64,000 nucleotides of DNA from Vallitaleaceae bacterium (GCA_963666005.1 OY762509.1:1251880-1315879), one strand, 5' to 3'. Positions 1-10,721 are shown, counted from the first letter of the stretch. Numbers and translations: made by a program. The notes: generated from the letters alone by a model not told the origin.

Positions 1-989
1 GTACCAAACCCTGTGGTTGTTATAACTGAGATGATTTGAAAGAGGGTTTTTCTGAATATCTCTTCTAAGGGTGTCAGACTGGCAGTCTGGTGAAGCCATA
101 TGCCAAAGAGGGTTATACCTGAAAATATAGCGATGATCTTCATGTATACTTTCGCTTCAACGTCTCTAAAGATACTTCTGGGATTTTCTCTTAACATTTT
201 GTAGTGAACAAGAAAGTTGATACCGCCAAGAAACATGAAGAGCATGATGGTGTATTCAATCCATTGATATAATGGATAACCTGCCTGTTGGTAATAGCCG
301 ATGGAAGCGTCATGATTGGAAAAGCCACCAGTGGAGAGTGTTGTCAACGAATGAATCAAGGCTTCATAAAAATCAAGGCCCAGTCCCCAGAGAATGAACA
401 TCTCAATAATCGTATAACCGGCATAGATTGCCCAGAAGTAACGTATGGTCTTATGGACATTTGGAACTGGTCTTGCAGCGCTGATCTTATGACCTTCAGC
501 ACTGAAAAGATGCCACAGGTCCCCTTCTGAATTGGTGGTGACAAAAAGGAAAAATGTCAGAATGCCCAGACCACCCAACCACTGGATTAAGCTGCGCCAG
601 AACAGTATGGCATGAGACATGTTGTCAAGCCCCTGAAAGACAGTAATGCCTGTTGTCGTAAAGCCAGAAACAGATTCAAAGAGGGCATCAATAGGCGACT
701 TGCCTAAACCGATGATAAAAGGTAGAGCACCGACGATGGAAAGAAGTAACCATGCAACACTGCACATGATCATAGAGGTCGCCAGATCCAAGACAGGTCG
801 ATGATGACGGGTCAATAGTTTAAAAAACCATGCAAGAAAAAATGACGTAATGGCAGATAGGATGAACGCTAAATACGTCTGACTATCTTCATGATAAAGT
901 CCTGCGACAACTAAGGGTAAAAGCAATAAAAGACTAAGAAGAAGCAATAAGGGACTGCTTAGACGTAAAATAGTTTTTAATCTCATCAT
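1..989 (-). CDS. Trk/Ktr-family K+ uptake membrane subunit (TrkH/KtrB-like), N-terminal part; gene runs off the window start
   Basis: Manual reverse-complement translation from the ATG at 989 gives MMRLKTILRLSSPLLLLLSLLLLPLVVAGLYHED...SVSGFTTTGITV...WLGGLGILTFF...LSTGGFSN...FLGGINF. These are the selectivity-filter-like glycine motifs and TM pattern typical of TrkH/KtrB. It is not in the supplied ORF track because the ORF is edge-truncated. Confidence 0.7.
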   Translation of the reverse strand, partial: MMRLKTILRLSSPLLLLLSLLLLLPLVVAGLYHEDSQTYLAFILSAITSFFLAWFFKLLTRHHRPVLDLATSMIMCSVAWLLLSIVGALPFIIGLGKSPIDALFESVSGFTTTGITVFQGLDNMSHAILFWRSLIQWLGGLGILTFFLFVTTNSEGDLWHLFSAEGHKISAARPVPNVHKTIRYFWAIYAGYTIIEMFILWGLGLDFYEALIHSLTTLSTGGFSNHDASIGYYQQAGYPLYQWIEYTIMLFMFLGGINFLVHYKMLRENPRSIFRDVEAKVYMKIIAIFSGITLFGIWLHQTASLTPLEEIFRKTLFQIISVITTTGFG

Positions 990-1064
990 AGTAGCTCCCC
1001 TTGCCAAAATTGTAGTTGGTCAAATCGTTCAGTACACGACTCACTCGTATTTATATTGAACTGG

Positions 1065-2339
1065 TCAGGATGTGGTGAAATGTGCCATTTGCTCATTCAA
1101 AAGATCCGCAGCGTTGGACAGTTCGCGAACAGATAGGCCGACTTTGCTAATGGTGTTGCTTTGCTCCTCAGAAGAAGCGGCGATTTCATTGGCGAAATTA
1201 GCGTTGCTGCTGATGATGTCAGCAATGTTCACAATACCCTTTTCTACATGCTCAAAAAGGCTGAGAATCTTCTGGTAACTGGTTAAGACATCATCGGCAC
1301 TATGGCTGGTTGTATCGATTTGTTCCACGATGGTATGTAGGGCATCGTCACTATTGTGAATGGCGGCAAGCTGAACATTGACCTTTTCAAGATTGCTTTC
1401 CATAGCTATAACGGCACTTTCTGTTTCATTTTGAGTATCGTGAATCAGTGTAGCTATGGTATTGGAAGCCTCTGAGGTACTATCAGACAGATTTCGGATT
1501 TCCTCTGCTACGACGGAGAAGCCTTTGCCGGCTTCACCAGCTCTTGCTGCTTCTATGGCAGCATTCAGCGCCAGCAGATTGGTCTGATTAGCGATCTGTG
1601 TGATGACACTGACAATCTCTCCGATTTCTACGGAGCGGCTGCCAAGTTGCTGAATAGAAGCCGTAGCAAAGGACAAAGTATCTTTGACCCATTCGAATTG
1701 ACGGATAACTTCTTGTATTTCACCATGACCGGTCCTGGCGATTTCAGAAGCCTTTACCGAGATGTGTTTCATATTCTTGGCGGTGCTGTGAGCTTCGGTG
1801 ACATGACTACGGCTATTTTGAAGTTTTTCCTTGATGAGATTGACCTCATTATTTTGGGTATTGGCGCCGTCTGAAAGGGCATGGTTGCCATCGGATAATT
1901 CAATGGATGTCGCCTCAGTTATTTTTGCTGCACCATCAAGGGTTTTGGCAATATCAAGAATCTTTTCTGCGGTCTCTTGGTTTTGCATAAAGATGTTTTG
2001 CAACTTCTCAACGAACAGGTTGAATTCATCCGATAATTGACCAAGCTCATCTTGGCTTCTAAGCTTCGACCGTACCGTCAAATCACCTTCAGCCATCTGA
2101 TCGAATGTGACGAATAAGTCGCGTATACCTTTGATCAGTGTGACCTTCCCAATAAAGAAGGACAGAACGCCAACCATCACCCCTGCTGCAACACAGGATA
2201 TGGTAAAAGGTAGTCTAAGACTTTCGGATTTGTAGTCCGTGAACAATGCTGCGAAGAATGGGAAGATAAGGCCCATCATAATACCGGCGGTCATCGACAA
2301 TAAGAAATATAGCCGAATGATGCTTTTTGTTGGTTTCAT
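1065..2339 (-). CDS. methyl-accepting chemotaxis protein (short TM/HAMP N-terminus + MCP signalling domain)
   Basis: The ORF 1065..2447 carries the MCP signature [28 protein letters not shown]. The start is trimmed to the ATG at 2339 ([14 protein letters not shown], hydrophobic TM), which has a GAGAGGA Shine-Dalgarno about 9 nt upstream. Confidence 0.8.
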   Translation of the reverse strand: MKPTKSIIRLYFLLSMTAGIMMGLIFPFFAALFTDYKSESLRLPFTISCVAAGVMVGVLSFFIGKVTLIKGIRDLFVTFDQMAEGDLTVRSKLRSQDELGQLSDEFNLFVEKLQNIFMQNQETAEKILDIAKTLDGAAKITEATSIELSDGNHALSDGANTQNNEVNLIKEKLQNSRSHVTEAHSTAKNMKHISVKASEIARTGHGEIQEVIRQFEWVKDTLSFATASIQQLGSRSVEIGEIVSVITQIANQTNLLALNAAIEAARAGEAGKGFSVVAEEIRNLSDSTSEASNTIATLIHDTQNETESAVIAMESNLEKVNVQLAAIHNSDDALHTIVEQIDTTSHSADDVLTSYQKILSLFEHVEKGIVNIADIISSNANFANEIAASSEEQSNTISKVGLSVRELSNAADLLNEQMAHFTTS

Positions 2340-2637
2340 GGTTTGTTTCATCCTCTCAAGTGGTGCCAGTGGCCAAGTTGTTAGGAACAGATAATGATAC
2401 CTACAATACAATGTTCGATGCATATTTATAATATTAGAATTTCTCATCCGAAAATAGACAGCTCTTATCTGGACGAATCCCTTTGATTAGAGCATCATAC
2501 GTATAATTATAATCTAACGGAGAATGATTGTAAATCAATAAGGATTCCGACTCAGGCAGGAATATGGTATAGTCGATAGTGGGTGCCCCATGATTACCGG
2601 TGACACATCATATGAAGACCGAAAGAAGGATGAGGGA

Positions 2638-4044
2638 ATGTTAAAAGATCATTTGACCAGATATACGAAGAGCGTTTACCCAATGCATATGCCAGGGCAT
2701 AAAGGTGGCCGCATGCGGTTGGTGGAAGATTTTTACCAGGTGGATGTGACAGAAGTGCCGGATACAGATCATCTGTATCAAGCGGAAGGCATACTGGCAG
2801 AGAGCATGAAGGGTCTGTCTGACTTTTACCATACAAAGAAAAGTATTTATTTGGTCAATGGTACAACAGTTGGTATTCTTAGCGCCTTGGGTGGACTTCA
2901 CCAACAGGGGGATCAGGTGCTTGTGGCAAGGAATTGTCATCACTCCGTATACAGTGGCTTGGCATTGTTCAACTTAGCGCCAATCTATATTTATCCCGAG
3001 ATGACTCAGTGGGGGCTTGTAGGGGGAATCCTACCGGAGAAAGTCAAAGAAATATTAGCAGCGAATCCGAAGGTGGTATCGTTCATTATGACGAGTCCCA
3101 CATACGATGGTTTTATATCAGATATAAAGTCAATCCGTGAAATCTGCCATCGATATAATGTCACTTTAATTGTTGATGAAGCTCATGGCGCCCATCTGCC
3201 CTATTCGGATGCCTTACCTGAATCAGCCATTGACTGTGGATCGGATATTGTTCTGCACAGCGTTCATAAGACCCTTCCTGCTGTCACTGGCGCCAGTCTG
3301 ATGCATCTCAACCTGCCAAAAGATCAAGAGGAAAAAGTGCTTAAGACCCTTGGACGGCTTCAGACGAGCAGTCCATCCTATATTATGATGGCCAATATGG
3401 ATGCATGCGTTCAAGTGTTGGCGAAAGATAAAAAACTGTGGAAAAACTTACTGGCAAATATCGGTTCCCTGGATAAATCATTAAAGGCGATGAAGTATCT
3501 AAAAACAGTGTACAATTACAAGTCCAAAAAGGAAGGTATCTTCGCAACGGATCCTTTTAAAAGCATTGTATTAACCATAGATTCCAGTCAGAACGGCCAT
3601 GAATTGTCCAACATTCTTAGGCACAAGTTTGGTATACAGATGGAGATGGCAGACACTTACCATGTTTTGGGGATATTTTCACCTGCGGATGCCAAGAAGG
3701 ATATTAGAAGGTATGGAAAAGCATTGCGGAAGCTCGATGGCCATGTGTCAACAGGAGAAAGTCTGTCTTCCGACAAGATTCTTGGTGTTCATGATGCCCT
3801 GCCGGAACAGGTTATTTCCCTATATGATGCTGACCATATCTCCTGTGAGTGGGTACCTATGGACGAAGCCGTAGGCAGGGTCAGCGGTGATATGATTATT
3901 CCTTACCCACCGGGCATTCCTCTTGTGGTTGCCGGCGAGAGAATAACTGGGGAGTCACTCATTCATTTGAAAAAATGGCTTTCTTGGCAGGTAGATGTTC
4001 TTGGGGTTAGAGATGATTGTGTCAAAGTGTTAATCTTAAAATAG
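2638..4044 (+). CDS. PLP-dependent Orn/Lys/Arg decarboxylase family protein (B. subtilis YaaO/SpeA-like)
   Basis: An MHMPGHKGG motif lies near the N-terminus and SVHKTLPAVTGASLMH contains the PLP-lysine region. The gene is about 470 aa and sits immediately upstream of tmk, as yaaO-tmk does in Bacillus. The start is chosen at MLKDHL (2638), which has a GGATGAGGGA Shine-Dalgarno. Confidence 0.7.
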   Translation: MLKDHLTRYTKSVYPMHMPGHKGGRMRLVEDFYQVDVTEVPDTDHLYQAEGILAESMKGLSDFYHTKKSIYLVNGTTVGILSALGGLHQQGDQVLVARNCHHSVYSGLALFNLAPIYIYPEMTQWGLVGGILPEKVKEILAANPKVVSFIMTSPTYDGFISDIKSIREICHRYNVTLIVDEAHGAHLPYSDALPESAIDCGSDIVLHSVHKTLPAVTGASLMHLNLPKDQEEKVLKTLGRLQTSSPSYIMMANMDACVQVLAKDKKLWKNLLANIGSLDKSLKAMKYLKTVYNYKSKKEGIFATDPFKSIVLTIDSSQNGHELSNILRHKFGIQMEMADTYHVLGIFSPADAKKDIRRYGKALRKLDGHVSTGESLSSDKILGVHDALPEQVISLYDADHISCEWVPMDEAVGRVSGDMIIPYPPGIPLVVAGERITGESLIHLKKWLSWQVDVLGVRDDCVKVLILK

Positions 4045-4259
4045 ATCCGAAGACGCCCACGATGTTCGCCCTGTTCGTTAAGTGAAGTACAATTAAACTG
4101 TGAGGCAACACTTGGTATGCCACTGAAAAATATTTTGAACGGAATAAAAGGCATAAGAGCTGTAACATAATGCAATATATGTGTTATAATCGGTATTAAA
4201 TATATCGTTTGCCTTATATCATAAACAGGCAAACACGAATATGTGTTAAGAGGTATTAT

Positions 4260-4886
4260 ATGAGAGGTTTGTTTATTACTATTGAGGGTGGCGATGGCTC
4301 CGGCAAATCCACCCAGATTGACTTACTGACGGCTTATTTTGATCAGCATGGCTATGAAGTGTTGCTGACAAGAGAACCGGGAGGCACCATCATCAGTGAG
4401 AAGATACGCGGCATTATTCTGGATAAAGACCATATGGAGATGGCAGATATGACCGAGGCCCTTCTATATGCAGCGGCCAGAGCGCAGCATGTTCAGGAAT
4501 ACATCATTCCGAATGTGACCAGTGGCAAGATGGTCATCTGCGATCGATATGTGGATTCATCTGTCGTGTATCAGGGCCACGCCAGAGGCCTTGGCATCGA
4601 TGCTGTTGAAGCGATCAACAGTTATGCAACGGTTGGTTTGACACCGGACTTGACCATACTCCTTGATCTGCCACCAGATGTTGGCTTACAGAGAAAGAAA
4701 CAGCAGAAGGCACTGGATAGGCTTGAGTTACAGGCGGACAGTTTTCATATCAAGGTAGCAGAGGGATATAGATTGCTGGCCAAGAGACATCCAGAGAGAA
4801 TATTGTCAATCGATGCGACACAGAGCATTGAAGATATACATCAAATAATCGTTAACGCTATAAACGCCAAGATAAAGGAATTATAG
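4260..4886 (+). CDS. tmk: thymidylate kinase
   Basis: MRGLFITIEGGDGSGKSTQ is the P-loop typical of Tmk, followed by a DRY-like segment (CDRYVDSS) and a lid region. An AAGAGG ribosome-binding site precedes the ATG at 4260. Confidence 0.9.
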   Translation: MRGLFITIEGGDGSGKSTQIDLLTAYFDQHGYEVLLTREPGGTIISEKIRGIILDKDHMEMADMTEALLYAAARAQHVQEYIIPNVTSGKMVICDRYVDSSVVYQGHARGLGIDAVEAINSYATVGLTPDLTILLDLPPDVGLQRKKQQKALDRLELQADSFHIKVAEGYRLLAKRHPERILSIDATQSIEDIHQIIVNAINAKIKEL

Positions 4887-4889
4887 ACG

Positions 4890-6533
4890 ATGATGGATGA
4901 GAGAGAGTTATTAACCATACAACCAGAGCGTATGAACCATAAGAACAATCCATGGCGGCCGGTACTTGCTTATGTGATATTCGGTTTTTTTTGGATTGCC
5001 TTTTCTGACAGTATTCTAGGTATGGTGGTTACGGATGCTGACCTCTACCAACATATTCAGACCTTTAAAGGTTTGTTCTATGTGTTGTTGACGGGTGGTG
5101 GTTTGTACATGCTGGTCAAGTGGGACAATCGACGGATCTTCAGACTTCATAAGAAGATCCATGAAAAAAATGAAGAACTGGTAGCCTATGCGGAAGAAAC
5201 CGTGGCCATAGACAGAGAGTTGCAGTCCCAGATTGCCCAGATGAACCATATGGTTTATTATGACCAACTTACTGGTCTTAAGAACCGTTACTCCTTTGAG
5301 GTCGAGTTAAGTAAGCTCTTGGGTAAGGGCGATACTTTCGGCGTCTATTATCTGGATGTGGACCACTTTAAAAATCTGAATGACATCTATGGTCATAGCT
5401 TTGGGGATGTGTTTCTTCAAGCGTATACACGTATGTTAATCAAGCATTTTCCGGCTTTGACCATATATAGATGGGGCGGGGATGAGTTTATCATTATTGA
5501 TAAGGAGTCCGATGAGTCAACACGACTTAGTACTGCCCGGGATATACTTGAACTGACGGATAAGACGTGGGTGCTTGATGGCATAGACTTCCGTTCCTCT
5601 ACAAGTGTTGGGGTGGTAGAGTGCCCTAAACATGGTGATGACCTTCATACGATTTTTAAGAATCTTGAAGTGACCCTTTATCGGGCAAAAGAAGATGGTC
5701 GTGCCAAGTGTGAGGTCTTTGATAAGACCTTCAGAGAAGACTTGGAGAGAAAAGCATTACTGGAAGGGGTGATAAATACTGCCCTAGAAGAAGAGGGGTT
5801 TACCCTTTATTATCAGCCAATCTATGATTTGAAAAAAAGAAAGACAGAGCGTCTGGAAGTGTTGCTGAGGTTTGACGCGGCTTCGACTTACAATACGAAT
5901 ATTGGGGAAGTCATCAACATCGCTGAACAGACAGGTCAAGTGCACCGTATTGATAACTGGGTATTGAATAAAGTCTTTCAGACAATAAAAGCACAGCAGA
6001 AACACTTGCCGGATATGAAATTGTCGGTGAACATATCAGCTCAGACATTTGCATCGGATCATCTGATTCAGTACCTTGAGGACTTGATAGAAAGGTATGA
6101 TGTGGATGCCTCGGGCGTTGTACTGGAAGTAACTGAGCATACGATTATACAAAACATGGAAGAGTCCTTAAAGACAATGAGGCTCATCAAATCCTTAGGT
6201 TTTAAGATGGCTATGGATGACTTTGGTACTAGGTATTCATCCCTTAACTACTTGAGCCGATTGCCATTTGATATTCTCAAGATAGATAAGTCATATGTGG
6301 ACCACATCAATGAAGATACCAACCATATGATCATTATTAAGCATATCATCCAACTTGCCGAAGCTATTGGGCTCTCGACAGTTGGCGAGGGTATTGAGAC
6401 AAAGGAACAGGAAGAAGCACTAAGGTTGGCCGGATGTCGTTGTGGGCAGGGCTATCATTATGCAAAGCCAATGGCTTTTGATGATTTGACCACATTTATA
6501 AAGGCACAAGGGCCGTTGACCTTTAAGTTATAA
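4890..6533 (+). CDS. membrane-anchored GGDEF-EAL protein (diguanylate cyclase/phosphodiesterase)
   Basis: Two N-terminal TM segments are followed by GLKNRYSF...RWGGDEFIII (GGDEF) and an EAL domain (LEVLLRFD, MDDFGTRYSSLNYL, GEGIETKEQ, QGY). The gene lies between tmk and darA. Confidence 0.85.
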   Translation: MMDERELLTIQPERMNHKNNPWRPVLAYVIFGFFWIAFSDSILGMVVTDADLYQHIQTFKGLFYVLLTGGGLYMLVKWDNRRIFRLHKKIHEKNEELVAYAEETVAIDRELQSQIAQMNHMVYYDQLTGLKNRYSFEVELSKLLGKGDTFGVYYLDVDHFKNLNDIYGHSFGDVFLQAYTRMLIKHFPALTIYRWGGDEFIIIDKESDESTRLSTARDILELTDKTWVLDGIDFRSSTSVGVVECPKHGDDLHTIFKNLEVTLYRAKEDGRAKCEVFDKTFREDLERKALLEGVINTALEEEGFTLYYQPIYDLKKRKTERLEVLLRFDAASTYNTNIGEVINIAEQTGQVHRIDNWVLNKVFQTIKAQQKHLPDMKLSVNISAQTFASDHLIQYLEDLIERYDVDASGVVLEVTEHTIIQNMEESLKTMRLIKSLGFKMAMDDFGTRYSSLNYLSRLPFDILKIDKSYVDHINEDTNHMIIIKHIIQLAEAIGLSTVGEGIETKEQEEALRLAGCRCGQGYHYAKPMAFDDLTTFIKAQGPLTFKL

Positions 6534-6586
6534 GGTTTTATGACGCTCATATTATAATCATGAATTGAATAATAAAATATACGAGA

Positions 6587-6625
6587 TGCTATGGTGTACC
6601 TAAGGTATAACCATAGCATTTGTGT
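6587..6625 (+). terminator. rho-independent terminator after the GGDEF-EAL gene
   Basis: A 10-bp perfect stem atgctatggt/accatagcat with a 12-nt loop is followed by TTGTGTT. Confidence 0.5.
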
Positions 6626-6749
6626 TATAATTAGATTAGTACAGGGATATTAATATTATAATTCATTAACTTTTGTCCGATATACATTATGATGATTAAG
6701 ACGATATGTTGGACATCACTGAATACGACACATTAGAGAAGGTGATTCG

Positions 6750-7079
6750 ATGAAATTGGTTATTGCAGTAGTACATGATGAAGACAGCCACAAATTATTG
6801 GAATCATTGACATGCAAAGGCTATATGGCGACGAAGCTAGCCAGTACGGGCGGTTTCTTAAAGACAGGCAATACAACTTTTTTGATAGGTGTACCAAAAG
6901 ACAGAGTTGAAGACGTGACAGGCATCATAAAGGATAACTGTAAGACTGAGAAACAGATGACCCTCGTTAACCCGCCGATTCCTTCAAGTATTGAAGGCTG
7001 TATGCCTTATCCTGTTGAAGTGACGGTAGGTGGCGCGACGGTATTTGTAATTGATGTAGAGCAGCATTTTAAGTTTTAG
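6750..7079 (+). CDS. darA: cyclic-di-AMP receptor protein DarA (PII-like, YaaQ/PstA family)
   Basis: The 109-aa product MKLVIAVVHDEDSHKLLESLTCKGYMATKLASTGGFLKTGNTTFLIGV...PYPVEVTVGGATVFVIDVEQHFKF closely resembles B. subtilis YaaQ/DarA in length and motifs (TGGFL, GGATVFV). It lies downstream of tmk as in Bacillus. Confidence 0.85.
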   Translation: MKLVIAVVHDEDSHKLLESLTCKGYMATKLASTGGFLKTGNTTFLIGVPKDRVEDVTGIIKDNCKTEKQMTLVNPPIPSSIEGCMPYPVEVTVGGATVFVIDVEQHFKF

Positions 7080-7096
7080 GAGTTTTGGAGTGAATT

Positions 7097-7543
7097 ATGG
7101 CGGATATGCGTATTAGCAAGACGACGATGCCCAACGTATCGGATGTCAATACAACTAAAGAAGTCAGCAATGACAAGGATTTCAAGTTCACGCTGCTTAG
7201 TCAGATTGAGGAGTCCGAACTACAGTCCAAGCTAGATGCCATGATTAAAGATATTACTGAGCAAGGCGATAAGATTGCCAAGCGTATGGATATCAAGGAT
7301 ATGAAGAAGTATCGGGAGATGGTCAAGGAGTTTATGAACGAGGTGGTCAGTCATTCCCACAAGTTCTCAAGAGAGAACTTTCTTGACCGTCGTGGACGAC
7401 ACCGTGTATACGGTATTGTGAAGTTAGTGGATCAGAACTTGGATGAGTTGGCCCAGGAATTGATTAAAGATGAAAAGAACCATATGAACATCCTTGGGAG
7501 AGTCGATGAGATTCGCGGGTTGTTGCTTGATATGGTGATATAG
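7097..7543 (+). CDS. YaaR-like DUF327 family protein
   Basis: A 148-aa hydrophilic protein lies immediately after darA, matching the conserved tmk-yaaQ-yaaR arrangement of Bacilli, and a GGAG ribosome-binding site is present. No catalytic motif is recognisable, so the call rests on size and synteny. Confidence 0.45.
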   Translation: MADMRISKTTMPNVSDVNTTKEVSNDKDFKFTLLSQIEESELQSKLDAMIKDITEQGDKIAKRMDIKDMKKYREMVKEFMNEVVSHSHKFSRENFLDRRGRHRVYGIVKLVDQNLDELAQELIKDEKNHMNILGRVDEIRGLLLDMVI

Positions 7544-7671
7544 TAATATTGGTAGAGATTAGATCTTGTTGGCGTTTTGCTGATAAGGTCTTTTTTATTA
7601 CAGGAGTTGATACAAAGTAGTGTATATAGATTGATCGGTTGCTAGGTCGGGGTCATGAAATAGGATTCCTA

Positions 7672-7790
7672 TCCGAAGCCTCTGTCACATCACTCCCACG
7701 GAACAGAGCTGATCGGGTGTCGGGCCTTCATCACGAAACGAGTTTTGATTGCGAAGCAAGCATGTCTGAGGCTTCGGATGAAGGCCCGGC
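7672..7790 (-). repeat. dispersed palindromic intergenic repeat, copy 1 (core in reverse orientation, with partial forward core and nested inverted repeats)
   Basis: The reverse complement of 7731..7779 is ccgaagcctcagacatgcttgcttcgcaatcaaaactcgtttcgtga, matching the cores at 44213, 45137 and 59673. atccgaagcctc (7672-7683) pairs with gaggcttcggat (7768-7779), and cgggccttcatc pairs with gatgaaggcccg. Confidence 0.7.
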
Positions 7791-7820
7791 GCCCGTCCCG
7801 CGACACTGGTAATGGTTAGG

Positions 7821-9017
7821 TCATGACTGCCGATACCCACGAGGTGTCATCTGCTCATATTTCCGAAAGATCCGTGTCAGTTGATTGGCACTTTGATAGC
7901 CGGTCATGGAAGCAATTTCTTGAATGGTCTTGTCTGTATTACGCAGAAGCTCTTTAATAATATTAAGTCGATACTTGGTCAGATATTGCTTATAGCTGAT
8001 GCCGGTTTGCTCTTTGAAAAGTCTGGACAAATAGGCATCAGAAAGATTCAGCCTGTCAGCAATCCAGTCCAGAGTCAAATCATCCATATAATGGGTTTCA
8101 ATGAGTCGGATGGTCTTTCTTATGTGTGGATGATGCTCTACAGCTTGCTCAGTCGAGGAACGAAGTGTTTGAAGAACAGACTTAATATAATCAACAACAT
8201 GGGTCAGGTCGTTGAAGCGGCTGGAAAAATTGTTAATACAGTCATTAAGAGATTCGATAGTTCTTATATGATCAGTCTCGTGACTGTATAGAAAACGTAT
8301 GGTCATGGCTAGAAGCTCTTTGAATACATAAGTAACCTTTGAGTCGTTAGCTTTGTGCTTGCGGATATAGCCAGCAAGCTCGTCCGTTAACTTGATCAGA
8401 GCGTTGTAATCTTCCTGGGCCAGAGTTGCCTCATACTGGTGAAGGTACTTGTATTCGGAGACAGAATAATCATCATTGAAGCTGAAATGATGCATAAAAG
8501 TAAGAGAACCCATCCCGATGATGAATCGATAGTCCTGCATACGCCGAAGCTCTTTGTATTTCTTGCTGATATCCCAAAGGGTAAGGGGAAGAATATCGGT
8601 AAAAGCCATCACTTCACCACCTTCTGAATCATGAAGGTGTCGGTTGATCACGCCAAACCATTTTTCTATATGTGGTTGACACCTAGGAAGATCCTTCTCA
8701 TTGTAGCTATATAGGATGGTTCTTGTATAAGGCGCCATATTCAGTATGGTTGCGGTGTGAATCCATTTGGCATCAAAGGCTTTTAACATTGCAGCATGTA
8801 TCTGGGACTTCCAGTCAGCGACAAAGGCGGCATCCTTCGCCTCAATGGCGTTTTGCAGTTCTGTACTAAGGACCATATGAATGACACCGAAGACATCATC
8901 TGTTCTTATGGCCATTTCCTCTAGACGCTCCATAGTCATCATAGATGTTGGTAGTGTCTCATTTAGTAGGCTTGTATAGTACATCATTCTAATTGGTTCT
9001 ATGTCATTTTGCGCCAT
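7821..9017 (-). CDS. AraC-family transcriptional regulator with a non-receiver N-terminal (probable sugar/ligand-binding) domain
   Basis: The C-terminal approximately 100 aa form a typical AraC HTH pair (LSDAYLSRLFKEQTGISYKQYLTKYRLNIIKELL...IASMTGYQSANQLTRIFRKYEQMTPRGYR). It is divergent from the uxaB-uxaA-uxaC operon. Confidence 0.8.
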   Translation of the reverse strand: MAQNDIEPIRMMYYTSLLNETLPTSMMTMERLEEMAIRTDDVFGVIHMVLSTELQNAIEAKDAAFVADWKSQIHAAMLKAFDAKWIHTATILNMAPYTRTILYSYNEKDLPRCQPHIEKWFGVINRHLHDSEGGEVMAFTDILPLTLWDISKKYKELRRMQDYRFIIGMGSLTFMHHFSFNDDYSVSEYKYLHQYEATLAQEDYNALIKLTDELAGYIRKHKANDSKVTYVFKELLAMTIRFLYSHETDHIRTIESLNDCINNFSSRFNDLTHVVDYIKSVLQTLRSSTEQAVEHHPHIRKTIRLIETHYMDDLTLDWIADRLNLSDAYLSRLFKEQTGISYKQYLTKYRLNIIKELLRNTDKTIQEIASMTGYQSANQLTRIFRKYEQMTPRGYRQS

Positions 9018-9275
9018 GATTTGTTATCTCCATATCAAAAAAAGCTGATTTATACTCATATTATACAAAATCAATAGTGATATGACCATGTAAATTCAAG
9101 AAAATATCAAAAAAAGGCGAATACGTCAACTTCTGACGGTTGTTGAACAAATCGCAGAATGCTATGCTTGGATTACAGTAGAAAGTCTGACCTAAGACGA
9201 CTTAAGATCAGTGATGGCCGGCCGGAGTCATATGGATGATGGCTCAATACCATACCGGCATGAAATGGAGAAGAA

Positions 9276-10721
9276 ATGAAGAAAATCAATGAGCATTACA
9301 GCAGAACGCACAGACCAATCAAAGTAATTCAGTTCGGCGAAGGTAACTTCCTTAGAGCATTCGTTGACTGGATGATTCAGGAAACCAATGATGCAACAGA
9401 TTTCAATGGTGGTATTGCCGTGGTTCAGCCCCTAGCAGGTGGTCTTTGCCAAATGCTTGAGGATCAGGATTGCCTTTATACTCATTACATGAACGGCATG
9501 ATTGATGGTAAAGCTGTATCTAAGCATTACATCAATGACAGCATAGAGAAGACAGTCAACCCATATGAAGATTACGCAGCATTCCTTTCTCTTGCTGAGA
9601 TAGAGACGGCTAAGATCATCGTGTCAAACACAACAGAAGCTGGGATTACCTTTGATGAGAATGACAGTCTTGACATGGCACCTCAGAATTCTTTCCCGGG
9701 TAAGTTGACAGCACTTATGTACAAAAGATTCCAAGTGTGCGGCGGTGATAAAGAGCAAGGTTTCATCGTTCTGCCATGTGAATTGATTGACTACAACGCG
9801 GATAAGCTCAAAGAAGTCATCCTTCAATATGTAGCTCTTTGGAACCTTGGTGATGATTTCAAGAACTGGATTGAAGAAGCCAATACTTTCTGCAACACCT
9901 TGGTTGATAGAATCGTTCCAGGTTACCCAAGAGAACGTATGGATGAGATCACAGAAGACCTTGGCTATAAGGATAACCTTGTCGTTGAGAGTGAGACTTT
10001 TAACCTTTGGGTTATTGAAGGGCCTGACAGCATTAAAGACTTCTTCCCAGTGGATAAAACATCCTGCAACGCTATTTTTGTAGATGATGTAACACCATAT
10101 AAGACCAGAAAAGTACGTATACTGAATGGCGCTCATACAACTCTTGTACCGATAGCTTACCTTTATGGTATTGATACGGTAAGAGAGAGTGTTGAAGATT
10201 CGGTGATCTCCAAAGTGCTTCAAAAAGCTGTCTATGAGGAAGTGATTCCTACATTGACACTTAGCAAAGAAGAACTTGAATTGTTTGCTTCAGATGTTAT
10301 GGACAGGTTCAAGAACCCATTCGTTAAGCATTACTTAATGAGCATCTCTCTTAACAGTATGTCCAAATACAGAACGAGAGTTCTTCCTTCCGTCCTTGGC
10401 TACCTTGAGAAAAATGGTGAACTTCCTGAGATTACAACCCTTGCTCTTGGTGCCTATGTTGTTTTCTACAGAGGTCTTAGAGGTGAAGAAGCCATTGCGG
10501 TTAATGACAACGATGATATTCTTGAACTTTACAAAGAACAATGGGCGACTTATGACGGTTCAGAAGCAAGTGTTGCTAATATTGTTAAAGCGGTGCTTGG
10601 TTATGAAGCAAACTGGGGCAATAACCTTAACGATGTGCCACACTTGACTGAAAAAGTAACTGCCTATGTGGTAGCAATCCTTGAAAAAGGTATGAAAGCA
10701 GTAGTAGAAGAGGTGTTGTAA
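9276..10721 (+). CDS. uxaB: altronate/tagaturonate oxidoreductase, mannitol-dehydrogenase family (UxaB-like)
   Basis: This 481-aa protein has the N-terminal IKVIQFGEGNFLRAFVDWMI Rossmann motif of the mannitol dehydrogenase family. It sits immediately upstream of uxaA and uxaC. Confidence 0.75.
   Translation: MKKINEHYSRTHRPIKVIQFGEGNFLRAFVDWMIQETNDATDFNGGIAVVQPLAGGLCQMLEDQDCLYTHYMNGMIDGKAVSKHYINDSIEKTVNPYEDYAAFLSLAEIETAKIIVSNTTEAGITFDENDSLDMAPQNSFPGKLTALMYKRFQVCGGDKEQGFIVLPCELIDYNADKLKEVILQYVALWNLGDDFKNWIEEANTFCNTLVDRIVPGYPRERMDEITEDLGYKDNLVVESETFNLWVIEGPDSIKDFFPVDKTSCNAIFVDDVTPYKTRKVRILNGAHTTLVPIAYLYGIDTVRESVEDSVISKVLQKAVYEEVIPTLTLSKEELELFASDVMDRFKNPFVKHYLMSISLNSMSKYRTRVLPSVLGYLEKNGELPEITTLALGAYVVFYRGLRGEEAIAVNDNDDILELYKEQWATYDGSEASVANIVKAVLGYEANWGNNLNDVPHLTEKVTAYVVAILEKGMKAVVEEVL

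Noticed and set aside
288-544. Two short ORFs from the six-frame track (288..530 + and 356..544 -)
   Set aside because: Both lie inside the well-supported minus-strand TrkH/KtrB-like coding region and have no independent expression signals.
4890-6533. The EAL domain of the tmk-adjacent GGDEF-EAL protein reads EVL rather than EAL, which initially suggested a degenerate phosphodiesterase
   Set aside because: All other catalytic and metal-binding motifs (DDFGTRYSSL, EGIE, KID, QGY) are present, and EVL occurs in active EAL domains. It is treated as likely functional.
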